Below are positions 50,590 to 61,854 of a stretch of 64,000 bases of DNA, in pieces (position 1 is the stretch's first letter; every line of letters begins with the position of its first letter). The stretch spans positions 6,014,001 to 6,078,000 of the forward strand of contig NC_043025.1 in assembly GCF_006345805.1 (NCBI RefSeq), in the 5' to 3' direction. The notes beneath the pieces were generated by a model. It saw nothing but the letters and a program-made list of their open reading frames with translations. It was not told the origin of the DNA and ran no database searches. This DNA is from Octopus sinensis (lineage: Eukaryota). The position numbers and the translations under genes were made by a program.

Positions 50590-50800
50590 ACTTGGCATGT
50601 TAGCAAGCTAGGAAAATGGGTGCCACATGGACTGATAGAAGGGAACAAGCAAGCATGTGTCACTGCATGTTGAAGTCTGCTCTGATGAAGCCAAAGAATC
50701 GATTGGTAGGAATCAGTAATCACTATGGATGAAAAGAGGGTACTGTACTCCAAAGTGAGGTGCAGACAATCATGGGGTATAAATGGAACAATCCAGAAAA
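50590..50800 (+). mobile_element. Mariner transposase remnant
   Basis: Translates to VSKLGKWVPHGL..NKQ..VTAC*SLL and, after a frameshift, VITMDEKRVLY..VR.RQSW. These match the mariner WVPHEL motif and the IVTxDEKW first catalytic aspartate motif. Confidence 0.8.
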
Positions 50801-52149
50801 ATTACAAAACTAAGTGAAATGAGTATGTGAATGTTTAAAACTTCACAGGCGTGGATGTCTGGTAAGAAGCTTGCTTCCCAACCACATGGTTCCGGGTTCA
50901 GTCCCACTGTGTGGCACCTTGCACAAGTGTCTTCTGTAGCTTTGGGCCAACCAAAGCCTTGTGAGTGGATTTGGTAGATGGAAACTGAAAGAAGCCCATC
51001 GTATATGTAGGCATGGCTGTGTGGTAAGAAGCTTGCTTACCAACCACATGGTTCTGGGTTCAGTCCCACTGCATGGCACCTTGGGCAAGTGTCTTCTACT
51101 GCAGCCTCAGGCTGACTAAAGCCTTGTGAGCGGATCGGTAGATGGAAACTGAAAGAAGCCTGTCGTATATATATACATGGTAGTAGTACTGCATCGGTTA
51201 TGATGCCAAGGGTGCCAGCTGATCCGATATCAATGAAATGGTCTGCTCATGAAACCAATGTACAAGTGGCTGAGTACTCCACAGACATGCTTACCTTTCA
51301 TGTAGTCCTCAGGGAGATCCAGTGAGGTACAGAATGTAACAAAGCCTTTAACATTCTTTTACTTGTTTCAGTCATTTGACTGCGGCCATGCTGGAGCACC
51401 TGCCTTTATGGTAACAAGTGTTAAAGTCTTGTCTCGAGGACTACACTTGTTGCTGCTTTGTCCCAAGTCAATCTTAATGCTGTAGACCTATAACCAGAAG
51501 TGTTCCAGCTGTGACCATCCTGTCAGGTATAGTGTATACAGGAATACATCAACTAGTGTCCTTCCATGTCGGTTAACCTCAGATCAGTCCTGATCTAATA
51601 GACTTATGATCAAAGACGTTCCATCTGTGACCATCACAACTTTTATTCAGACATAGTGTGTCTAAGACTACATTACCTGAAATGTCTTTCCTTGTTGTAG
51701 ATGCTGTGACCATCCTGTTTTTTTATTCAGACAGGACTAATTATTTAATGTATCTTTCCTGTTGTTCCAGCTCTGACCATCCTGTCTTTTACACAAATAT
51801 AACCAAAGATGGAAAAGACTGCTGATAACAAATACATTTCTCCAAACTGATTATTTTCATTCTCCTATTTGAAAAGGGGAATTTTTCCCGAAATATTATG
51901 CAATCATTAACTAATCCATGTAAGGTAATACAATCTTTTTTTCTCTTTCCCTTTTCATTCCTTGATATCACTTTACATATCTTGCTTCGTTCTCACATAC
52001 ATTGCTCAAAAGGTTTTGAAAATATTTATTCTATTTACAAATAACAATGCATCATACAAATTAAAATATTCAAATATATATATATAGCAGTATGTTAAGA
52101 TAGTGCTATTAAACAAAAGATGAATATATATTAGTGTATTAGGAGGTAT

Positions 52150-53565
52150 ATTGAAATCAGCATATTAAAACAGTGTTTGGGGCATAAGAAAAGATAAATG
52201 CATATTGGAATATTAAGATGGTGTTTGGGACATCACAAGAGACAAATGCATATTGGAATATTAAGATGGTGTTTGGGACATCACAAGAGACAATGCATAT
52301 TGGAATATTAAGATGGTGTTTGGGACATCACAAAAGACGAATATTTATTGGAATATTAAGATGGTGTTTGGGACATCACAAGAGACAAATGCATATTGGA
52401 ATATTAAGATGGTGTTTGGGACATCACAAGAGACAAATACATATTGGAATATTAAGATGGTGTTTGGGACATCACAAAAGACAAATATGTATTGGGATAT
52501 TAAGATGGTGTTTGGGACATCACAGAATACAAATATACATTGGGATATTAAGATGGTGTTTGGGACATAAGAAAAGACAAATATACATTGGGATATTAAG
52601 ATGGTGTTTGGGACATCACAAAAGACAAATATATATTGGGATATTAAGATGGTGTTTGGGACATCACAAAAGACAAATATATATTGGAATATTAAGATGG
52701 TGTTTGGGACATCACAAGAGACAAATGCATATTGGAATATTAAGATGGTGTTTGGGACATCACAAAAGACAAATATTTATTGGAATATTAAGATGGTGTT
52801 TGGGACATCACAAGAGACAAATATATATTGGGATATTAAGATGGTGTTTGGGACATCACAAGAGACAAATATATATTGGGATATTAAGATGGTGTTTGGG
52901 ACATCACAAGAGACAAATATATATTGGGATATTAAGATGGTGTTTGGGACATCACAAGAGACAAATATTTATTGGAATATTAAGATGGTGTTTGGGACAT
53001 CACAAGAGACAAATATTTATTGGAATATTAAGATGGTGTTTGGGACATCACAAAAGACAAATATTTATTGGAATATTAAGATGGTGTTTGGGACATCACA
53101 AGAGACAAATATTTATTGGAATATTAAGATGGTGTTTGGGACATCACAAAAGACAAATATTTATTGGAATATTAAGATGGTGTTTGGGACATCACAAAAG
53201 ACAAATATTTATTGGAATATTAAGATGGTGTTTGGAACATCACAAAAGACAAATATTTATTGGAATATTAAGATGGTGTTTGGGACATCACAAGAGACAA
53301 ATATATATTGGGATATTAAGATGGTGTTTGGGACATCACAAAAGACAAATATGTATTGGAATATTAAGATGGTGTTTGGGACATCACAGAATACAAATAT
53401 ACATTGGGATATTAAGATGGTGTTTGGGACATAAGAAAAGACAAATATACATTGTGATATTAAGATGGTGTTTGGGACATCACAAAAGACAAATATATAT
53501 TGGGATATTAAGATGGTGTTTGGGACATCACAAAAGACAACTATACCAGATGGTGTTTGAAAAAG
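52150..53565. repeat. 48-bp minisatellite, ~29 copies
   Basis: GATGGTGTTTGGGACATCAC anchors spaced 48 bp apart (one 47-bp unit); variation is confined to a few positions. Confidence 0.97.
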
Positions 53566-55292
53566 CATAACAGGTACTTTTAAATTAAATATTCTAAAAG
53601 TTTTAAAATGAGAAATTTTGTATCAGAAAAACCAGAGGCAATCCTAGGTAGGTTGAAACCAAAAGGAATAACCAATAAACTGGTAATTCAACATTCCGTG
53701 TCATTATAAATGAATGGATATAGTTTACATGCCTTCTTTACTATAAACAACACCAATAAGAATGAAGACGACGACAACAACAACAAGAATAAACCGGGTG
53801 CACATGCACAAAAGATCAACATCTTACCTCCACCCAACGGCAGCATAATGGAACACGAGCCAAATGAAAAGGGTGTGTCTACATGCTAGAAACAACAGCT
53901 AACTCATGGTAAAGAGAAAAAAAAACACATCGACATTCTCAAACGACGACGACCACCACCAATAGGAGTAACACATGGGATTTGTTTTGTGGTAGACATG
54001 CACTGCTTGAGAGAAGGACGGGACAGGGTGAGACGGGGTGAGACAGGGTGACCGCAGATGGGACACCTTTGATCACAGCTCTACTGGATCTGGGACAACC
54101 TGCCTGTGGTTAAACTACAACGACAGCAACATGCTAGTGTATACATGCCAGAGACAAACTAGTAGTATTAGTAGTAGTAGTATTAGTAGTAGTATTAAAG
54201 TGATCAACGAGCAACAATTGTGAAGGTGAGGCAAGCATGCCGGTCCTTTTTAATTTCTTTCTCCACTCGCAAGCTTGAGAGTGAAAGAATGATATGAGAG
54301 AGAGAGAGTGAGTGAGAAGGAGAAAGAGAGAGAGAGAGAGAGGGGGGGTGTTAGGAGAAGGAAAGAGAGAGAGAGAGAAGGAGATGCATAACAAGAAGAA
54401 AACCAATGCTTGTTGTGGTCACATACCTAGGAGACTGGTCAGTTGGTCTGTCCGTCTGTCAGTCAGTCCGTTGGTTGGTCTGGGTTGGTTGGTTGGTCCG
54501 TCTGTCCGTCCGGTTGGCCGGTTGGTTGGTTGTTTTTTTGTTTTGTTTTTTTTATGGTCCTTTCCTTTGTTGTTTTGTTTTTGGTCTCTATTGTTTGTTG
54601 TTGTTGTTGTTTACATTCTTTTTTTCTTTTTTTAGTTTTGTTTTATGTTGTTTGAAATTTCTTCTCAGTTTCTAGTGGCGAGGCGAGGCGGGGGTGGAGG
54701 GAAGTGATGGGGGTGGCGAGAGGTGAAAGAAGGATGGTAGGAGAGAGAGAGAGAGAATGAAAGAGTGAAAACAAGGAAGAAAGAAAGAAAGAAAAGAAAG
54801 GAAGGAAGAAAGGAGAGAAAGGAACAAGGAAGAAAAAGAGAGAAAGAAAAAAGAAGAAAGGGAAGAAAACAAGGAAGAAAAAGAGAGAAAGAGAAAAGAA
54901 AAGAAAGAAAGGGGAGAAAACAAGGAAGAAAAAGAGAGAAAGAAAAAAGTAGGAAGGAAGGAAAGAAAGTAAGAAGGAAAAGAGAGAAGAAAGAACAAGA
55001 AGAAGGAAAGGATAAAAAAAAAAATCAGAGTGAAGTTTAATAAATATCAAAAAACAAAAGTTAAATGCTTGTGTTTTGGAGGAGGGGAGAAAAAAAAAAG
55101 GGGTTTTCCGGAATGATTTAAAGAATGATACAATATACAAAAAAAAAAAAAATTTTTTTAAAAAAAAAAAATGATAAATATATGAAAATAAATAAATAAA
55201 AAAACTGTAGAATTTCGACCAGACAGAACTGGTCGTGACTGGACATGACTGGAATAGCCAGCTAAGTGGCAGGAGTTCGTTAATTTGGCTAA

Positions 55293-56962
55293 TTAGAGAC
55301 GGCTTTCTCGTAGGGACAACATGTCTTCTTCAGATAATCCGTCGTGCGCCACTAAATTGGTGGGCGATGTGGCGTCGCAGTTCACGGACAGCTCATTTGG
55401 GGATTTTGGCGACGTTGCTTGCTTGTCTTCGGTGGTGGTGGTCATGTTGTTGTTTATGGCTGTGGTGGTGGTGGTGGTGTTGTTGGGGGTTGTGTCAGTG
55501 GGGCTGTTGATGAGAGCAGAGGCAGTGGGGTCGCCGACAGCAGTGGTGCCATCTGCGGCGGTTGCAACAGTGTTTTTAGTGCTGGTTGTCGTGGTGATGT
55601 TGGTAGTCACGGTGGTTGAACGTAAACTGTCAACAGGTGTCCCTTCTACGATGTTCCACTGACCATCGAAAGAGTTATTAAATGTAGCCGAGTGGGGACG
55701 GGCTTCGGGCGGGGCATCCCCAGACTCGGGTTTACCCTTCCAGCTCGAACTCGACGAGGAGCTGGTCATCGTCGTCGACATCACAGTTGTCTCCCCGGAT
55801 TCCATCGACCTCCTTACGATTGTTGTCGACGTCCTCTCTTCCTCCGTCGTACGGGTCTTCGTCCTTCTCGTTACTGTCGACTTTGACGAACTTGTTGATG
55901 ACGACGTCACGCCGCTGCAGCCGCTCCGCTGCCCAAAGGAAGTCAGGGTAGGACGAGCTCCGTGCGAGTCTCCGTCACTGCCACCGCCCAGCGACAACAC
56001 CCCTTTTGCCCCTCCCCCGTCCGAATGCACTAACTCAATCTTCACGGCTTTCGACTTCCTGGATTTCGACTTGGATTTTGGCTTTGGCTGCGCAACGTCA
56101 GACTGCGTGCCACCTGCATGTGTCACTGCACCTGAACGCGCTGGTTCAGAATGCGTTGGATCAGACGGTGACGTGTGACAAGTGGTTTGAGAATGGCTTT
56201 CTTCCGGCCGCACCTCGATAGAATTGACTTCAGCCGGTGACTGGGGTTGAGGCATTGCCATTCGCACTTCTGGTGCAGCGACATCAGATGCATGCCGGGC
56301 ATCTGCATGTGTTGGTTCGACCACGCCTTCTATGTGCAGCGATGTTGCAGCTTCTGATACTGTCACTACCTCTGCCTGTTCATTTAAATGTATCGGAAGT
56401 ACTCTAGCAGGTACGGCTTCCGAAACCGCTGCTGTGGTGGCATGTATCACCTCGATCGCGCGAGGGGCCATCATCTCTGGCCCGGCGAGCTTCTGCCGTA
56501 TCTCTTCTACGGGTACCAGGACGGACTTAGAATGCACCGGTGCCAGCGTCTCCTGCACCTGTTGCTCCTCATCGTGTGCAAATTTCTCAGCCGGAAGCTG
56601 CTCGACGCTTCTTTGACTCTCATCCTCCGTGTTTATTTGCGACGCGTACAACACATGCGAGTTGATATTACTGTGCGCGTCGAGGTCGGCAGACCAGCGC
56701 TGAGGGATACCGGTGGTGGTGGTGGTTGTGTTTGTTGTGGTGGTGGTCACCGCTGTCGTTTGCCCAACGGTCGGAGAGGATGCGGAGATGGGCAGTGCCA
56801 TCTTTGGTTGTGCTGTCTGCGTAGTCTCTGGAAGTTTCTGGCTGCTAATGAGCATCACATTCGCCGGAGTCTGCTGATGTTGCTGCTGCAGTAGTTTGCT
56901 TTCACTGTCCTTCTTCGTCAGTTTGCCTAACAGCTTCTTCTTCTCTTTTTTGCCTTTCGTTG
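55293..56962 (-). CDS. Terminal coding exon (~555 aa) of an unidentified host gene: basic KGKKEKKKLLGKLTKK stretch, Ser/Thr/Pro-rich disordered tail, C-terminal ESRL
   Basis: 1670 bp without an in-frame stop, GC- and CpG-rich compared with its flanks, non-repetitive protein-like translation; acceptor TTCTCTTCCCCCCCGTTTAG|CA (phase 1); stop TAA at 55293-55295. Confidence 0.82.
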
Positions 56963-56964
56963 CT

Positions 56965-58230
56965 AAACGGGGGGGAAGAGAAATGACGAAGAGAGAAAGG
57001 AGGAAGTGCAGAAGAGGAAGGAGAAGAGAGAGAGAGAGAGAGAAAAGAATGAGAGAGAAAGGGGGTATGTGAAGCAACGGGGAGAGAAATGATGAAGAGA
57101 GAAAGGAGGAAGTGCAGAAGAGGAAGGAGAGGAGAAGAGAGAAAGGGGTATGTGAAGCAACGGGGAGGGGAGAGAAATGAAGAGAGAAAGGAGGCAGTGC
57201 AGAAGAGGAAGGAGAGGAGGAGAGAGAGAGAGAGAGAGAAAAGAATGAGAAAGGGGGTATGTGAAGCAACGGGGAGGGAAGAGAAATGACGAAGAGAGAA
57301 AGGAGGAAGTGCAGAAGAGGAAGAAGAGGAGGAGAAGAGAGAGAGAGAAAGGGGGTATGTGAAGCAACGGGGAGGGAAGAGAAATGACGAAGAGAGAAAG
57401 GAGGCAGTGCAGGAGAGGAGGAGGAGGAGAGAGAGAGAGAGAAAAGAATGAGAGAGAAAGGGGGTATGTGAAGCAACGGGGAGGGAAGAGAAATGACGAA
57501 GAGAGAAAGGAGGAAGTGCAGAAGAGGAAGGAGAGGAGGAGGAGAAGAGAGAGAGAAAGGGGGTATGTGAAGCAACGGGGAGGGAAGAGAAATGACGAAG
57601 AGAGAAAGGAGGAAGTGCAGAAGAGGAAGGAGAGGAGGAGGAGAAGAGAGAGAGAAAGGGGGTATGTGAAGCAACGGGGAGGGAAGAGAAATGACGAAGA
57701 GAGAAAGGAGGCAGTGCAGAAGAGGAAGGAGAGGAGGAGAAGAGAGGGAGAGAGAGAGAGAGAAAAGAATGAGAGAGAAAGGGGGGTATGTGAAGGCAGA
57801 GAGGGAGTGCGAGGAAGAGAGAGAGATGGAGGGAAAGATAAAAAAGGAAGAGAAAGAGAGGGACGAATAAGAGTAGAGAGAGGGAGAGAGAATAAATGAG
57901 AAGAAAAAATGAGAGAGAGTGGTGTGTATAGAGAGAGTGAGGAAGAGAAAGAGAGAGTGAAACAGTAATAGAGTAGAGAGGGAGAGGGTAAAAGAGGAGG
58001 AGGAGATAGACAAAGAAAGAGAGAAAAAAGAGAAATAGTTAACGAGAGGGAGAGTGGAGAGAGAAAGAATAGAGAAAGAGGAGATGAAGATAGGGAGAGA
58101 AACAGAAAAAGACAAAAGGGAAGAGTAAAGGAGAGGAAGAGGAGAAGAGATTGAGTAATAGAGGAAGAGATGAAGAAGGCCGTGAGAGAGGGGCAAGAAA
58201 AAAGAAAGAGAGAGAGAAATAAAAAAAGTA
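56965..58230. repeat. Purine-rich (GA) tract with ~85-100-bp minisatellite units
   Basis: GAAAGGGGGTATGTGAAGCAACGGGGAGGGAAGAGAAATGACGAAG recurs about eight times. Confidence 0.92.
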
Positions 58231-58409
58231 AGATTAAAAATTTTATATAAAATTTGAAGAATTTTAAACAGAAAAACAATCACAATAATTACATTTAAAA
58301 AAATAATTTTTTTTTTAATTTGAAAGAATAATTGTCCCCGGTTTAGGTACAAGGCCAGCAATTTTTTAGAGGAGTGGGGCGGGCGGGGGGGGATTAGCTG
58401 ATATATATA

Positions 58410-59390
58410 TATTTCTTTATTGCCCACAAGGGGCTAAACACAGAGAGGACAAACAAGGACAGACAAACGGATTAAGTCGATCACATCGACCCCAGTGCGT
58501 AACTGGTACTTATTTAATCGACCCCGAAAGGATGAAAGGCAAAGTCGACCTCGGCGGAATTTGAACTCAGAACGTAACGGCAGACGAAATACCTATTTCT
58601 TTACTACCCACAAGGGGCTAAACACAGAGGGGACAAACACAGAGGGGACAAACAAGGACAGACAAACGGATTAAGTCGATCACATCGACCCCAGTGTGTA
58701 ACTGGTACTTATTTAATCGACCCCGAAAGGATGAAAGGCAAAGTCGACCTCGGCGGAATTTGAACTCAGAACGTAACGGCAGACGAAATACCTATTTCTT
58801 TACTACCCACAAGGGGCTAAACACAGAGGGGACAAACAAGGACAGACAAACGGATTAAGTCAATCACATCGACCCCAGTGTGTAACTGGTACTTATTTAA
58901 TCGACCCCGAAAGGATGAAAGGCAAAGTCGACCTCGGCGAAATTTGAACTCAGAACGTAACGGCAGACGAAATACCTATTTCTTTACTACCCACAAGGGG
59001 CTAAACACAGAGGGGACAAACAAGGACAGACACACGGATTGAGTCGATTACATCGACCCCAGTGTGTAACTGGTACTTATTTAATCGACCCCGAAAGGAT
59101 GAAAGGCAAAGTCGACCTCGGCGGAATTTGAACTCAGAACGTAACGGCAGACGAAATACCTATTTCTTTACTACCCACAAGGGGCTAAACACAGAGGGGA
59201 TAAACAAGGACAGACACACGGATTAAGTCGATTACATCGACCCCAGTGTGTAACTGGTACTTATTTAATCGGCCCCGAAAGGATGAAAGGCAAAGTCGAC
59301 CTCGGCGGAATTTGAACTCAGAACATAACGACAGACGAAATACCGCTAAGTATTTTGCCCGGCGTGCTAACGTTTCTGCCAGCTCGCGAC
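58410..59390 (-). mobile_element. SINE-B with one head and five tandem ~184-bp bodies
   Basis: GAAATACC junctions at 58586, 58785, 58969, 59153 and 59337; head at 59345-59390. Confidence 0.92.
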
Positions 59391-61738
59391 TTAGTTGATA
59401 TATAGAGACCCCAGTATTTGAATGGTGCTCTGTTTCATCCGACCCCCAGAAGGAGATATAAGTTGACTGGGTGTTATTTGAAGTCAGTGTGTAAACAGCT
59501 GATGCAAATGCTACATGGCGTTTCGCTAATCCATGGGGGCCCAATGGAGATATAAGGCCAGTAAATTTTAGAGAAGGTAAGTTATCATCATCATCATTTA
59601 GCATCCGTTTTCCATGCTGGCATGGGTTGGACGATCTGACTGCAAACTGGCAAGCTGGGGAGCCCTACCAGGTTCCAATCTGATTTGGTAAAGTTTCTAT
59701 GGCTGGATGCCCTTCCTAATGCCAACCACTCCATGAGAGTAGTGAGTGCTTTTTTTATGTGCCACTGGCACAGGTGCAAGTTACATAACACCAGCATTGG
59801 CCACAACTACGATCTCACCTGGCTTGATAGGTCTTCTCAAGCACAGCATATTGCCAAAGGTCTCGGTTACTTGTTATGGCCTTCGTAAGGCCCAACATTC
59901 AACAGGTGCTTTTTACATGCCACCAGCACAAGTGTCACTTACATATCATCAGCATTGGCTACAACTACGATCTCACCTGGCTTCACAGGTCTTCTCAAGC
60001 ACAGCATATTGCCAAAGGTCTCGGTTACTTGTTATGGCCTTCGTAAGGCCCAACATTCAAAGGGTGCTTTTTACATGCCACCAGCACAGGTGTCAGGTAC
60101 ATAACACAAGCATTGGCCACTACAATCTCACTTAGCTTCACGGGTCTTCTGAAGCACAGTATATCACTAAAGGTCTGGGTCACTTGTCAAACCCTCTTGA
60201 CCCCAGAAAAACGAAAGGTAAAATCTTGCTGTCATTCTAACTCAAAATGTGAAGAACAAGCAGAAATACTCCGAAGAATTTTGTAAAATGTTCATATGAT
60301 CTTGGAAATCCAAGAGTCTCTATAACAACCAATTCTAATTTTGGAACCAGGTCAACAATTTTGAGGGGTGGGGGAAGACAATTCAACTGACTGAAGTTCT
60401 CGATTGGTACTTTATTGACCTAGAAGGGTGAACAGCAACACTGACCTCAGCAGGATTTGAACTCAGAATACAAAAATTTAGAAGAAATACCATAAGGCAT
60501 TTTATCCAAGGAACTAATCAATCTGTCAGCCCTCTGTATTTATTGGTTTCAAATTTTGGCACAAAACCAGAGTAAGGATTTAGGGGTCGGTCGTCTACAT
60601 CAACCCCAGTACTCAAATAGGACTTGTTTTATCAACCCTGAAAGGGTAAAGACAAAAATCAACCACAGTAGGATTTGAACTCGATAACGATGATGATGAT
60701 TATGGTGGTGGTGGTGGTGATGATGAGGATGAAGATAGTAATGGTCTCTGATTTGGTAGTTTCAAGTGGAAGGGATTAAGCAGACACCATCAACCCCAAT
60801 ATATGACTGGTACTTAATCAAATCTGATGGACGAAAGGCAAAAGTTGATTTTGGCAGGATCTGAACACATGTAACAGCTGCAATAATAAATGGTATTAAT
60901 GTCAGTTTCCAATTTTGGCACAAGGCCAGAAATTGGGGGGGAGGGGGTAAATCGACCTCAAAAGTAAGAAAGGCAAAGTCGACCTCAGTGGAATTTGAAC
61001 TCAGAATGCAAAGGCAGTCAATCTCCCTTCCATGTCAGCCCATGTTACCTTGAATATACTCTCACCTACCTCACAATACCAAGTACCCCTATCACCCCAC
61101 ATATCACACATCCCTCTCATCACTATCGTCCACACACTTCTAGCACTCGTGTTTCGCAGCCTGTAAAGCTGCAGATGAGGAGAGACATGAGATTGTGAGA
61201 ATCTTTTAGTCTTGCTGAAGGCATGGCTACCTCTCTAGTGCTGGTGCCACAGAAAAACGAAAACCAAAAAACACAGCAAGTACATTCTGTATAAAGTATG
61301 ACGTTGTGGGGTTTCTTTAGGCATAACTGGGATGCGACACCTCTCTGGTGTTGGTGCCATACGACAAGCACTCAGTACAGAATGTAGAGTAAAGTGGGCA
61401 GTATGAGGAAAGGCATCCAGATGCAGAACCTGAGCTAAAATGGGACGTGGGTGAGATGAGGTCCTCTCCGACCCCCATCTAGGTTAGCAAACCTGCCCAA
61501 TCCATGCCAGCATGGACAGTAGGCGTAAATCAATGATGATGATGATGATGATAACGACAATGGTGATGATGATGACAACAGTGATGACAATGGTGATGAT
61601 GATGACAATGGTGATGATGATGACAATGGTGATGATGATGACAACGGTGATGACAATGGTGATGATGGGGCTGTAAAAGACCAAGGCTTGAGATATGTCC
61701 CAAATGCTCACTACAGGGTGGAACCTTCTTACATTTAC

Positions 61739-61810
61739 CAGGGGTAGCCAGGTGGTTAGTGGTGGTGATGGAATTAGTGTCAGACTGGGCGGGGGAGGAA
61801 TTCATTGCAC
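61739..61810 (-). CDS. Candidate 72-nt (or 78-nt) symmetric phase-1/1 exon upstream of the large exon
   Basis: Acceptor CTTATTTTAG|GT, donor CTG|GTAAAT (alternative AAT|GTAAGA at 61733). Encodes xAMNSSPAQSDTNSITTTNHLATP and is frame-compatible with the acceptor at 56962. Confidence 0.4.
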
Positions 61811-61854
61811 CTAAAATAAGACCTTTTGGTGAAAGTTTTTTTGTTTCTTTGTTC

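Noticed and set aside
52150-53565. CRISPR-like regular array, and 450-aa/277-aa ORFs
   Set aside because: The units are contiguous with no unique spacers, there are no cas genes and the context is eukaryotic; the open frames follow from a stop-free 48-bp unit.
56963-58427. N-terminal ~490 aa of the 1044-aa ORF
   Set aside because: It is a translation of a CT-rich minisatellite; a canonical acceptor at 56963-56964 marks the real exon boundary.
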